A stretch of 63,852 nt of DNA from Gemmatimonadales bacterium (GCA_041615815.1 JBFJCP010000027.1:1-63852); one strand, 5' to 3'; positions 1 to 9,498 are shown, counted from the stretch's first letter. Made by a program: numbers and translations. The notes: generated by a model from the letters alone, not told the origin.

Positions 1-38
1 ATCTGCGCTCTGGTGAGCGCTGCCGGCTCGGTGCGATG

Positions 39-1223
39 TTAGGAACGCGTGCGCCGCGCCCCCTTTCGGCCATTGGTGCTTGCCGCTCCCCGTTTCGGGG
101 TGGCGTTGCCGAACGGCGATCCCGCGCCGTACCCATTGCCGTTCAGTTCCGCACCCACTAATGCCTCCCGGCGGGGTTGAGTCCAAACATATCGGTCGCC
201 TTGGTAGTTGCGAAGCACGACCTCGTCTTCCGAAATCTCTTCCACGTACTCTGGAACCAGTGGGATCTTTCCCCCGCCTCCCGGTGCGTCAATCACGAAG
301 TGCGGTACGGCGAGACCGCTGGTCCAACCGCGCAAGCCCTGAATAATCTCCAGTCCCTTCTCCACCGTGGTCTTGAAATGCTCCACCCCAGCAACGTTGT
401 CGCACATGTAGATGTAGTACGGCCGCACGCGCGCGGCGAGCAGTTTCTGCATCAACTCCTTCATGACCTCGACGTCATCGTTGACGCCTCGCAGTAGAAC
501 CGTCTGACAGCCCAGCGGGATGCCCGCGTCGGCCAGCATACCCAGCGCCCGAACGGCTTGGGGTGTTAGCTCGGCCGGATGGTTGAAGTGCGTGTTGATG
601 TAAAAGGGATGGTATTTCCTCAGGATGTTGCACAGCGCCGGTGTGATCCGTTCCGGAAGGTGACACGGGACGCGACTCCCAATCCGAATGATCTCGAGAT
701 GTGAAATGCTTCGGAGCCTCGCCAGAATGAGGTCGAGCCGCCGGTCGGAAAGAAGCAATGGATCGCCCCCCGAGAGGATCACATCGCGGATCTCGGAATG
801 CTCTTCCAGGTATTGGAACGCGCTTTCTAACTGCGACATGGGGATCTTCTCGGGATCACCAACCTTGCGACGACGAGTGCAGAACCGGCAGTACGCCGCA
901 CACACGGGGCTCACGAGAAAGAGCGCTCGATCCGGGTATCGATGTGTGATGTTGGGAACCGGGCTGTCACCGTCCTCATTGAGACTGTCCGGCACTCCAT
1001 CGATCACTTCCAGTTCGTCGAGCTCCGGGATGTACTGACGCCAAATGGGGTCCCCAGGCTCCTGAATGAGATCCACCATTGCGGGTGAGATCCGGAACTC
1101 GAAGTTGTCCACCGCTTCTTGCAAGCGCTCCAGATCGGTAAAGTGGTCGGGGCCGAATCTCTCCACCAGCTGCTGAAGCGTCGAGAGACCGCGTTCCCGG
1201 AGGAGCTTCTGCCATTCAGCCAT
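39..1223 (-). CDS. kamA: KamA-family radical SAM aminomutase (lysine 2,3-aminomutase-like)
   Basis: CxxxCxxC motif (CAAYCRFC), HRYPDR, SGGDPL, THFNHP and PLP-lysine motif DAPGGGGKIP; start overlaps the GNAT gene end by 8 nt. Confidence 0.9.
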   Translation of the reverse strand: MAEWQKLLRERGLSTLQQLVERFGPDHFTDLERLQEAVDNFEFRISPAMVDLIQEPGDPIWRQYIPELDELEVIDGVPDSLNEDGDSPVPNITHRYPDRALFLVSPVCAAYCRFCTRRRKVGDPEKIPMSQLESAFQYLEEHSEIRDVILSGGDPLLLSDRRLDLILARLRSISHLEIIRIGSRVPCHLPERITPALCNILRKYHPFYINTHFNHPAELTPQAVRALGMLADAGIPLGCQTVLLRGVNDDVEVMKELMQKLLAARVRPYYIYMCDNVAGVEHFKTTVEKGLEIIQGLRGWTSGLAVPHFVIDAPGGGGKIPLVPEYVEEISEDEVVLRNYQGDRYVWTQPRREALVGAELNGNGYGAGSPFGNATPKRGAASTNGRKGARRTRS

Positions 1224-1737
1224 GGTTCGACGGCTCCGTTGAAGGACGGAGGTATTTCACGAACATCACCAGATCATCCTGCGGCGCATAGTAGTGCGGG
1301 ATACGAGCGCTCGGCGTGTATCCAAGCGCCGCGTAGAAGGCACGGGTTGGCCCGTAGTCTGGCCGCGACGCGGTTTCGACCACAATTACGCGGCCTCCCC
1401 CTCGTGAAACCGCGTCCTCGCACGCCGCCATGAGGCGTCGGCCTACCCCGAGCCGCTGAGCAGCAGGATCCACGGCGATCCAATAGAGATCCCAGGTCGC
1501 GACGGTGCATGGCGTCGGTCCGTAGCAGGCAAAGCCGATGAGCCGATCCTCTTCGTACGCGCCCAAGGCGTAATAGTCTTTCCCGGGGGCGCGTGCCGCG
1601 TCCCCAAACACCTCGACCGCGATCTCGACCTCCTCCGGGCGAAAGATCCCCGTCGCATCGACGATCGCACGAACTCGCGGGAGGTCTGCTGGCCGGGGGT
1701 CGCGCAGAGCGATCACGGCGCTTTCGGACGGGCTCAC
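1216..1737 (-). CDS. GNAT-family N-acetyltransferase
   Basis: Acetyl-CoA motif A (IAVDPAAQRLGVGRRLM) and C-terminal AFYAALGY; GTG start overlaps upstream stop (GTGA). Confidence 0.88.
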   Translation of the reverse strand: MSPSESAVIALRDPRPADLPRVRAIVDATGIFRPEEVEIAVEVFGDAARAPGKDYYALGAYEEDRLIGFACYGPTPCTVATWDLYWIAVDPAAQRLGVGRRLMAACEDAVSRGGGRVIVVETASRPDYGPTRAFYAALGYTPSARIPHYYAPQDDLVMFVKYLRPSTEPSNHG

Positions 1738-2732
1738 GTCTGTCCCTCTCTCGATCCGGGCGTCGACGCCGTCACGCCGTCGGCCTCCATGACCGCATCC
1801 ACAACGCGGCGCACGAGTTCGTCATAGTGCCATCCCGCCGCTGCCGCCATCCGCGCCAAGCCCGCGTCCGTGGAGATGTCCGGGTTGGGGTTTACCTCTA
1901 TGATCCAGGGGTTGTGGTCGTGATCCACGCGGAGATCCACCCGCCCGTAACCAGTTCCGTCGACCGCCTGCCATGCCTGCAAGGCCATCGTCGCGACGCG
2001 CTCCTGCAGGTCCGGAGTCAAAGCAGCCGGGCACACTGGCTGACTGCCCACATCCTCGGGGCTCCCCGGCTTCCACTTGGCGTCGAAGGAGAGGATGGGC
2101 CACGCGCCGTCGGGCATGTCGCTGAAGTCGATCTCAGAAATGGGCAAGACGGTGTCACCCACGATCCCGACGGCCAGTTCGCGGCCGTGGATATAGCGCT
2201 GGATCACGATTTCGGGGAAGCGCTTGCGGAGCTCGTTGACCCGACGCTCCAACGCATCGGACGTCGTGACCACCGATCCCTGATCGATCCCCACGCTGGC
2301 ATCCTCCGCCGCCGGTTTGACGATGGCCGGTAGTGGAAAGCCCGGTGCGGTGGCACCGTTTTCAGGCACGTGCCACGGTGGCACGGGAAGACCGGCCGCC
2401 TCGAGGACCGTGTTGAGCAGGGGCTTCCGATGACAGAGGGTCATCGTCCACGCATGGCCGCCGGTGTAGGGGATGCCGCACAGTTCGATGGCGGACGCCA
2501 CTTTGTACTCGAGGTGGCTGACGCCGCCAATACCCTCACAGAGGTTGAAGACGAGATCGCTCTCTCGTACGGCGTCCAGCCACATGAGATCCGGCAACAC
2601 GGGAATGCGGCTGACGTCGTGTCCGTAAGCGCTCAAGGACTCGGAAACCGCCTCGACGGGTTCGAGCACGGACTGGATATCCTCAGGACTCCAGTCGTCA
2701 GCGCCGCCATCGTAGATCACGGCGATCTTCAG
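1734..2732 (-). CDS. D-Ala-D-Ala-ligase-like ATP-grasp protein 2 (probable CTG start)
   Basis: VFNLCEG, IVKPAAEDASVGI, YGRVDLR, EVNPNP motifs; the domain begins LKIAVIY at CTG 2732-2730, overlapping the upstream TGA, with GGAG about 7 nt upstream. Confidence 0.85.
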   Translation of the reverse strand: MKIAVIYDGGADDWSPEDIQSVLEPVEAVSESLSAYGHDVSRIPVLPDLMWLDAVRESDLVFNLCEGIGGVSHLEYKVASAIELCGIPYTGGHAWTMTLCHRKPLLNTVLEAAGLPVPPWHVPENGATAPGFPLPAIVKPAAEDASVGIDQGSVVTTSDALERRVNELRKRFPEIVIQRYIHGRELAVGIVGDTVLPISEIDFSDMPDGAWPILSFDAKWKPGSPEDVGSQPVCPAALTPDLQERVATMALQAWQAVDGTGYGRVDLRVDHDHNPWIIEVNPNPDISTDAGLARMAAAAGWHYDELVRRVVDAVMEADGVTASTPGSREGQT

Positions 2733-3811
2733 GTGGCCGCTCCAGCCAAGGTTGGGACCGAGAGCTCTTCGCCGGTCGTGCGATTCCACGCCGCGGCCAC
2801 GACTCGCTGGATGAGCTCGGGGTACGCGATGCCTGCGCGAGCTGCCGCCAGCGGGAAGCAACTGTTGGCGGCCAGGTCCGGAATGATTCCCGGGAGAGGG
2901 TTGATCTCCATGACCTGCGGACCACCGGACCCGTCGAGGCGGAGATCCACCCGCGCCCAGTCGCGGCAGCCGAGGGCGTGATAGGCGGCGAGAGCCGCCT
3001 CCTCGACCGCGCGTCGCAGCGCGGCCGGAATCCGAGCCGGGCATTCGAGGATATCCAGTGGTTCGTCCGGGCGATCCCAGATCCACTTCGCCTCGCGCCC
3101 CATGATCGGCAGGGCTCCTTTGGGCAGCCCCTCGAAGCGGTACCGGATGAGTGGGAGGCACTCGGCCTCGGGGCCATTACCGAGAATGGCAGCCGTGAAC
3201 TCGTGTCCTGGCAGATAGGCTTCAACCAGCACAGGCTCGCGGTAGGTGCGAAGTAGCTGGCGTGCCCGCCGTCGAGCCTCGCGCGCGGAAGCACAATAGT
3301 TCTCCTCGCCGATCCCTTTGGATGATCCCTCCCAGACGGGCTTGAGGAAGGCTGGATAGCTGGAGAACGCTTTGAGCTTGGCAAGATCCGCTTCGGTCGC
3401 CACGACCATGAATGGTGGAGTCGGCACGGCGCGCTGCAGCAAGCACTCCTTGGTCCGGGCCTTGTGCAAGGAGAGGGCAAGGGTGAGCGGATCGCTGGCC
3501 GTGTAGGGGATACCAAGAAACTCGGCGATGGCCGGTACGTGTGCTTCGCGGCTCGGACCGCGCGCTCCCTCTGCCATGTTGAACAGCAGATCGATCCGCG
3601 ATCGGGCCAGCCGCCACGGGAAATCCCGAACGGCCTCGAGACGAATCACCTCGCCGAACGCGAGGAGTGCGTCCTCGACGGCGGCGATCGTATCCGGCTC
3701 GTCCCATTCGACGAAGTCGTCAGCTGGTGAGCTGGTAGCGTTGGCACCAGCATCTCGGAGTTGCTCCTCGAAGTCGTCCGGACGCTGGTTGTAAGCGAGC
3801 CCTATTCGCAT
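2729..3811 (-). CDS. D-Ala-D-Ala-ligase-like ATP-grasp protein 1
   Basis: LFNMAEG, LKPVWEGSSKGI, WARVDLR, EINPLPG motifs; ATG at 3811 (MRIGLAYN) with GGAG SD. Confidence 0.88.
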   Translation of the reverse strand: MRIGLAYNQRPDDFEEQLRDAGANATSSPADDFVEWDEPDTIAAVEDALLAFGEVIRLEAVRDFPWRLARSRIDLLFNMAEGARGPSREAHVPAIAEFLGIPYTASDPLTLALSLHKARTKECLLQRAVPTPPFMVVATEADLAKLKAFSSYPAFLKPVWEGSSKGIGEENYCASAREARRRARQLLRTYREPVLVEAYLPGHEFTAAILGNGPEAECLPLIRYRFEGLPKGALPIMGREAKWIWDRPDEPLDILECPARIPAALRRAVEEAALAAYHALGCRDWARVDLRLDGSGGPQVMEINPLPGIIPDLAANSCFPLAAARAGIAYPELIQRVVAAAWNRTTGEELSVPTLAGAAT

Positions 3812-3842
3812 CGAACTCCAAGCGGAGTTGTTATCGCGCAAC

Positions 3843-3871
3843 ACGATACGAAATGCTGGAACGATTTGCAA
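3843..3871 (-). promoter_or_regulatory. sigma70-type promoter of the ATP-grasp/GNAT/kamA operon
   Basis: Minus strand TTGCAA (3871-3866), 17 nt spacer, TATCGT (3848-3843) in an AT-richer intergenic stretch. Confidence 0.55.
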
Positions 3872-3963
3872 TACTCTTGCTCGGTGATTTGCGAAGTCGC
3901 TCTCGCCGGATCCGAGCGAGTGAGGAGCGTGCGGAGGGGTTCGAGCCGCGCGTCGAGTCTCAG

Positions 3964-4461
3964 TCAGCGCGATCGACGCCGATCGTAGCGGCGAAAGCTC
4001 AAGCCAAATCGGTGCCGCTCGTCAGGCGGCCGATACTCCTCAGAGCTGAGTGTCCACTCCTCGCGATCGAACTCTGGAAACCGCGCGTCGCCTTCGACGA
4101 CGGCATGGACGACGGTGAGGTAGAGCCGATCTGCGAGGTGTAAGGCGCGACGATAGACCTCCTCGCCGCCAGCGATGAACACCTCACCATCCCCCTTTGA
4201 GAGCGCGAGCGCTTCTTCCAGGCTCCGGGCGATCTCGACGCCAGGCGGTTGGTAGGAAGGATCGCGGGTCAGCACGATGTTGCGCCGGTGCGCCAGTGGT
4301 CGACGGCCGATGGAGTCGAAGGTCTTTCGACCCATCACGACCGTGTGTGCAGTCGTGAGGCGCTGGAAATGCTGCAGGTCGGCTGGGAGATGCCAGGGCA
4401 AATCGTTGTTCCGACCGATCACCCGGTTCTCCGCCATCGCCGCGATGAGTGAGACGGTCAG
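3964..4461 (-). CDS. folA: dihydrofolate reductase (probable CTG start)
   Basis: [46 protein letters not shown]; directly follows thyA with CTGA overlap. Confidence 0.92.
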   Translation of the reverse strand: MTVSLIAAMAENRVIGRNNDLPWHLPADLQHFQRLTTAHTVVMGRKTFDSIGRRPLAHRRNIVLTRDPSYQPPGVEIARSLEEALALSKGDGEVFIAGGEEVYRRALHLADRLYLTVVHAVVEGDARFPEFDREEWTLSSEEYRPPDERHRFGLSFRRYDRRRSR

Positions 4462-5252
4462 ACCGCTACCTTGGCGGGGATGGCCGGATGCGGGTGATAG
4501 TCCCGCAGTGTGAAGTCCTCGAAGTCGAAGTCGAGGAGGTCGTGGATCGAGGGGTTCAACTCCATCGTTGGGAGTGCGCGGGGTGTGCGAGTGAGCTGTG
4601 TCCTCGCCTGCTCCAGATGGTTCTGGTAGAGATGGGTATCGCCCAGTGTATGGACGAAGTCTCCCAGCTCGAGGTTCGTCACCTGCGCCACCATCATGGT
4701 GAGGAGGGCATAGGAGGCGATGTTGAACGGAACCCCCAGGAAAAGATCGGCGCTCCGCTGGTAGAGCTGGCATGAGAGGCGGCCGCCCTGCACGTAGAAC
4801 TGAAACAGCGTGTGGCACGGCGCCAGGGCCATTCGGGGAAGGTCACCGACGTTCCAGGAACTCACCAAGAGACGCCGCGAATGCGGATGCTCGCGAATTG
4901 CCTGAATCACATCGGACAGCTGGTCCACGTGTTGTCCATCCGCGGTGGGCCAGGAACGCCACTGGAAGCCGTAAATCGGTCCTAGATCTCCGTGCTCATC
5001 GGCCCACTCGTCCCAGATCCTCACCCCGTGCTCGTTCAGGTAGCGAATGTTGGTGTCCCCGCGGAGAAACCAGAGGAGCTCGTAGATGATGGACTTCAGA
5101 TGCAGCTTCTTCGTCGTGAGCAGCGGAAAGCCAGCCGCGAGATCAAACCGCATCTGGTGGCCAAAAGTGCTGAGGGTGCCCGTACCGGTCCGATCCGGTT
5201 TCGGGCCACCATGCTCGAGCACGTGCCGTAGGATGTCGAGATACTGCCTCAT
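4458..5252 (-). CDS. thyA: thymidylate synthase
   Basis: [42 protein letters not shown]. Confidence 0.97.
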   Translation of the reverse strand: MRQYLDILRHVLEHGGPKPDRTGTGTLSTFGHQMRFDLAAGFPLLTTKKLHLKSIIYELLWFLRGDTNIRYLNEHGVRIWDEWADEHGDLGPIYGFQWRSWPTADGQHVDQLSDVIQAIREHPHSRRLLVSSWNVGDLPRMALAPCHTLFQFYVQGGRLSCQLYQRSADLFLGVPFNIASYALLTMMVAQVTNLELGDFVHTLGDTHLYQNHLEQARTQLTRTPRALPTMELNPSIHDLLDFDFEDFTLRDYHPHPAIPAKVAV

Positions 5253-5291
5253 GGCCGTCGCCCCCGGGTGGATCGCTCGTCAGGGCCCATC

Positions 5292-6944
5292 CTATACTCT
5301 CGTCCGTTCTCGCGCGGTGAGCAACTCCAGCTTAGGGGTCTGCCAGCCGCCGTCCCGTTCCAAGGTCCGGAGACCACGCGCGATGGCCGAGGGAATAGAT
5401 GGAGCAGCCGGTCCGACCTTGAGACGGTCAGCGGCGAACGCGGGCCCCTCAGGGAGAATCACACCAGGGTTGAGCAGGCCTGCTGGGTCAAAGGCTGTCT
5501 TGGTTGCGCGAAACAGGTCTACGACGCTCGCTCCGTAGAGCGGCTCAACCAACGGGGCGCGCAGGCGGCCGTCTCCGTGCTCCCCGCTCGGCGTACCCCC
5601 GAGCTCCATCACCAGAGCGCTCACACGGCGGTACAGTGCCATCATGACATCGACGAAGTCTCCTCGGGACGTGTCGATCAGTGCATTGACGTGGAGATGG
5701 CCGTCTCCTGCGTGACCGAAAGCCACAATGTCCACGTCCAGCTCTCCCGCCGCTCGCCGCACCCCAGTCAGGTAGGGGCCGAGTTGAGCGACGGGTACAC
5801 ATCCGTCCTCGATAATCTGGAGCGACCGGCGCGTGTCGGGGAGTGCCGCCAACGCTGGGCTCGCGGCTTTCCGGATCCCCCACAACGCGGCCCGTTCCGA
5901 AGCCGTGAGGCCGACCTCCACGATCGGCGCGAGTCGATTCATCGTGCTCTTCGCTCGGCGGACCATCGATTCCACAACCGCTGCGTCAGGCCCCTCCAGG
6001 CTCAGGAGTAGGAGTGCCTCGACGTCGCGGAGACGCTCGGGAACGCGCGCGGCCCCCAGCTGAAGAAGCGACCGATCCACGAGCTCGATGGCCGAGGGCG
6101 CGCAATGTCGCAAGACCCGCACGATCTCGCCCAGCGGCTCTATGTCGCGGAGACCGACCAGCATCGCTGCCTCCGCACCCGCGCAAGCTTCCAGCGCCAG
6201 CTCGACCTGGGTCACGAACGCCAGCGTGCCCTCGGATCCCACGATCAAATCCACGAGATCTCCGCTCTGCAGGAATGCGTCGAGCGCATACCCGCACGAG
6301 TTCTTCGTCGTGTGCGGGAACGCTGCCAAGATGGCATCGGTACTCCCTGTGACGTTCGGAGCGACATCCCGCCAGAAGCGCCCCACCGCGGAGAGCTCGG
6401 GTTCATGGGTAGCCGTGGGACTTCCGGCCCGCCGAATCCACCCCACCTCGGCGTCGCCCGTCACGATCTGCACGCCTCGCACCCACCGACGAATGCTACC
6501 GGCCCGAAGGCTCCGCGGCCCGGCGGCGTTGGTCGCGATCATTCCGCCAATAGTGCAAAACGCTCCACTCGATGGGTCTGGCGGGAGCCGCCAGCCATGG
6601 TGGAGCGCCGCTCGATCGAGATCCCCGTAGATGGTCGATGCACCGACACGCACGCTGGGCACCCTGTCGAACGTCATGCGCCGATCCAGCGCCTGGAGAT
6701 CGACCAGGATCCCGGTCCCCACGTTGCCGCCGGGCATGCCGCTCCCCGCTCCTCGAGGGACGATGGGATGTCCACCATCAGCCGCCGCCCGGACCACCGA
6801 GGCGACATCAGCCGCGTCACGGGGAACTGCTACGCATTCCGGCAGCATGCGCAACGGTCCCGCCCCTTCGCTATACGCTGCCCTCACGGAGGGGCTGGTG
6901 CTGAAGATTCCTTTGAACCCAGGAGGGCGGCGGAACGATGCCAT
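5292..6944 (-). CDS. FAD-binding oxidoreductase (GlcD/D-lactate dehydrogenase-like)
   Basis: PRGAGSGMPGG, GGMIATNAAG, GSEGTLA, GHAGDGHLH, SGEHGDG, FDPAGLLNPG. Confidence 0.85.
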   Translation of the reverse strand: MASFRRPPGFKGIFSTSPSVRAAYSEGAGPLRMLPECVAVPRDAADVASVVRAAADGGHPIVPRGAGSGMPGGNVGTGILVDLQALDRRMTFDRVPSVRVGASTIYGDLDRAALHHGWRLPPDPSSGAFCTIGGMIATNAAGPRSLRAGSIRRWVRGVQIVTGDAEVGWIRRAGSPTATHEPELSAVGRFWRDVAPNVTGSTDAILAAFPHTTKNSCGYALDAFLQSGDLVDLIVGSEGTLAFVTQVELALEACAGAEAAMLVGLRDIEPLGEIVRVLRHCAPSAIELVDRSLLQLGAARVPERLRDVEALLLLSLEGPDAAVVESMVRRAKSTMNRLAPIVEVGLTASERAALWGIRKAASPALAALPDTRRSLQIIEDGCVPVAQLGPYLTGVRRAAGELDVDIVAFGHAGDGHLHVNALIDTSRGDFVDVMMALYRRVSALVMELGGTPSGEHGDGRLRAPLVEPLYGASVVDLFRATKTAFDPAGLLNPGVILPEGPAFAADRLKVGPAAPSIPSAIARGLRTLERDGGWQTPKLELLTARERTRV

Positions 6945-7016
6945 GGAGTGAAACGTAGAGCGGCGCCTTGCGGGGCGGTATGGCCGCAGCCTCTTGGCGG
7001 CCGGTTGGTCAGGTTG

Positions 7017-8144
7017 CTAGGGCACGCCGTGGGATCCGCACGCCCATCCAGGACCGGCGAGACGCTGGAAGTAGGCCCGCACTAGTCGATTACTCGGCGC
7101 CACCAGGCGGGTCGCACGTAGGGTACGGAAAACCTCTCCCCTGGAGATTTTCACTTTGTGATTGGGGTCGAGAAGCCGTCGGTCCCCTTCGGCCAACCTG
7201 ATCGTCCGCACCGCGAAGTAAAGCGAGGTGAGACAAAAGAGCCGAATGCGATAGGCGCGATGGGGAAGCCGGACGCTGTATTCCAGAGCGTCACAAAGAT
7301 GTCCCTTGGTCTTCGCAATCAACGCATCCATGACACGCCCTGCCTCTTCCCGGTGGTGGCCGTCCACCAGGTCCTCGGGTCGGACACCCGCCAGCTGGCA
7401 GAGTTGGCGTGGCACGAAAGACCATCCGCGGCGTCGGTCGTCGGCCACGTCCTTGATGATATTGGTAAGCTGCAAGCCCAGTCCAAAGCTCGTTGCCAGT
7501 TCTTTCAGGCGCGCATAGCGCTTCGCAGTCACCGACGATGTGTGGAGTCGGAACAACTCAGTGAGGAGGTGGCCTACCGTGCCCGCGACGTAATAGCAAT
7601 AGCGCTCGAGCTCTTCGATCGTATCCAGCACTAGTTGCTCCCTTACGGAACTTCGGGGTCGGGCGGCAAACTCCGCCATGCCGATACACATTTCCTGAAC
7701 CGCCGGCCGGATGGCCACCTGCTGGGCGTCGGTCAGTCTGAAGAACTCGCGGAGCACCGCGTCCGCCCGTGTTACGAGCGCTTCTTCGTCCGTTGCCGGC
7801 TCTGGGAACGCGTCGAGAAGCGGATCGACGTCTATGCTGGCGCCCTCGAGACACGCACCAAGATGGTGTAGCAGCTCCGGCTTCCGAGGGGGCGTCAATC
7901 GGATCGTGTCTTCGAGTGTGTCGGCCACTCGGCAGAGGAGATAGGCGATGAGCACCGGGTGTTCCAACTGAGGGGGCAGCAACCGTATGCAGACGGCGAA
8001 TGTTCGGGAGACTTTCGGTAGCATCTCGCGGCAGAACGCTCTATCCCCTGAGGGCGATCCCGGCTCGGCCGTCGATGATCGATGTATCGGGAGGCGCTGC
8101 TCCGTCGTCGCCACAATTCCTTCAGGACGGTGCGACGTGTTCAT
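7017..8144 (-). CDS. squalene/phytoene synthase family protein (single-enzyme squalene synthase type)
   Basis: VSRTFA flap, YLLCRVADTLED, YCYYVAGTVG, GLGLQLTNIIKD, KISRGEV. Confidence 0.85.
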   Translation of the reverse strand: MNTSHRPEGIVATTEQRLPIHRSSTAEPGSPSGDRAFCREMLPKVSRTFAVCIRLLPPQLEHPVLIAYLLCRVADTLEDTIRLTPPRKPELLHHLGACLEGASIDVDPLLDAFPEPATDEEALVTRADAVLREFFRLTDAQQVAIRPAVQEMCIGMAEFAARPRSSVREQLVLDTIEELERYCYYVAGTVGHLLTELFRLHTSSVTAKRYARLKELATSFGLGLQLTNIIKDVADDRRRGWSFVPRQLCQLAGVRPEDLVDGHHREEAGRVMDALIAKTKGHLCDALEYSVRLPHRAYRIRLFCLTSLYFAVRTIRLAEGDRRLLDPNHKVKISRGEVFRTLRATRLVAPSNRLVRAYFQRLAGPGWACGSHGVP

Positions 8145-8298
8145 CGAGAGCCCGCTTCCACAGGATGTTGAAGCCCCAGCCCGAGCCCGACGTCAGCTGA
8201 CGGGACGGGTTGCACCGAGATTCGCGTCATCCGCATAAGGTGGACTTCGCCCGGGCTGCCTGGCAACTCCCTGACGCTGGGGGCGTGTCTGGTTGCGA

Positions 8299-9498
8299 TC
8301 ACCGTAGCCACCGGGGGAGGAGATTCCTCCAGCGGAAGAGCATTCGGGGATCGACCGTTTCGCTCAGAATGCCCGCGGCCGCTTGCCGCAACCGTGGATT
8401 CCGCTGGATCCGTTTGGCGAGCCTGTCCGCGAGCCATGGTCTCGATACCCACGCCTCGGCAATGTCGTATCCGACGTACTTCGGTGCCAACTCTCGCTCG
8501 ATGGCGAGCGGAAGCGCTTGGACCGGCGCGATGTCCGCATCCTCGATGGCCTGATGAATATGGCGCGCTGCCAGCTCACCCGTCTCCATCGCCTTGCCGA
8601 TTCCCTCGCCCGTGAACGGAAACGTCGTCCCCAGAGTCTCGCCGATTGCCAAAATGCGGCCGCCGCGATGCGCCACCGCCCCTTTGAGTCCGCAACGCAA
8701 TCTCGCGCCGCGCAGCGTCGTGACATGTGTGGCATGGCGCATGAGTTCTCGGGCGATCGGAAACTGCTTCACCCAAACCTCGAGTGCGGACCGGAGGTTT
8801 GCGCCGCGATGCTTCCGCCCGTGGTAGAATACACCACAGCCAACGTTGAACTGGCCGCCCGTCATAGGGAAGATCCACGCATACCCCGGAAGGATCGCGC
8901 GGTCTAGCGATACAACGAGCTCCTCAATCGACATATCCGACTGCACGTAGTAGCGGGCGGCGATCCCACTCGCCCGCCCCCTCGTGACTAGCCCCACCTG
9001 GGTGAGGAGCGCCACGTCGGCCCCGGTCGCGATCACGGCATATCGGCCCCGCACGACCGAACCATCCCGTAGCCGCGCGGTTACGTGGCCGTTCTGCTCC
9101 GCCAGGGCCATGACCTGCGCGTGCCGGAAGGTGGCTCCGCGCGTCTTGGCGGCGCGCAGGACTACGGCATCGAGAATCTCCCGCCGAAGCGTCAGAAACG
9201 ATCCCGGAAGATCGATCCTGACTTGTGACGGGCTGTAGATGCTGACGGTGGTGGTGTGGAAGGAATGCTGGCGCACCTCCTCGTAGAGCCCGGCTCGTTG
9301 CAGGCTGGCGATGGCATCCGGGATGAGCGCATCTCCACAGACCTTCTCCCGCGGGAATCCGTACTTGTCCAGCAGGAGCACTTGATGGCCGTGGCCGGCC
9401 AGGTGGAGCGCTGCCATGGCGCCAGCCGGTCCGGCTCCAATGACCACAACGTCCCAACACTGGTCTTGGGGTCCGGGCCAGCGATGCGAATCTGTCAC
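8299..9498 (-). CDS. geranylgeranyl-reductase-family FAD-dependent oxidoreductase
   Basis: DVVVIGAGPAG, FPREKVCGDAL, GYAWIFP, PFTGEGIGKAMETG; GTG start in GTGA overlap with upstream gene. Confidence 0.82.
   Translation of the reverse strand: MTDSHRWPGPQDQCWDVVVIGAGPAGAMAALHLAGHGHQVLLLDKYGFPREKVCGDALIPDAIASLQRAGLYEEVRQHSFHTTTVSIYSPSQVRIDLPGSFLTLRREILDAVVLRAAKTRGATFRHAQVMALAEQNGHVTARLRDGSVVRGRYAVIATGADVALLTQVGLVTRGRASGIAARYYVQSDMSIEELVVSLDRAILPGYAWIFPMTGGQFNVGCGVFYHGRKHRGANLRSALEVWVKQFPIARELMRHATHVTTLRGARLRCGLKGAVAHRGGRILAIGETLGTTFPFTGEGIGKAMETGELAARHIHQAIEDADIAPVQALPLAIERELAPKYVGYDIAEAWVSRPWLADRLAKRIQRNPRLRQAAAGILSETVDPRMLFRWRNLLPRWLR

Noticed and set aside
39..1223. EpmB of the EF-P beta-lysylation pathway
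   Set aside because: The APGGGGKIP motif and length fit KamA-type enzymes, and no efp or epmA is visible in the window
1734..3811. Calling the two ATP-grasp genes ddl or van resistance ligases
   Set aside because: They lack Ddl substrate-binding motifs and have no mur/fts or vanHX context
8145..8298. Riboswitch or ncRNA upstream of the squalene synthase, or the 8141-8452 ORF
   Set aside because: No recognisable consensus or strong stem; the ORF overlaps the reductase gene and has no protein-like features
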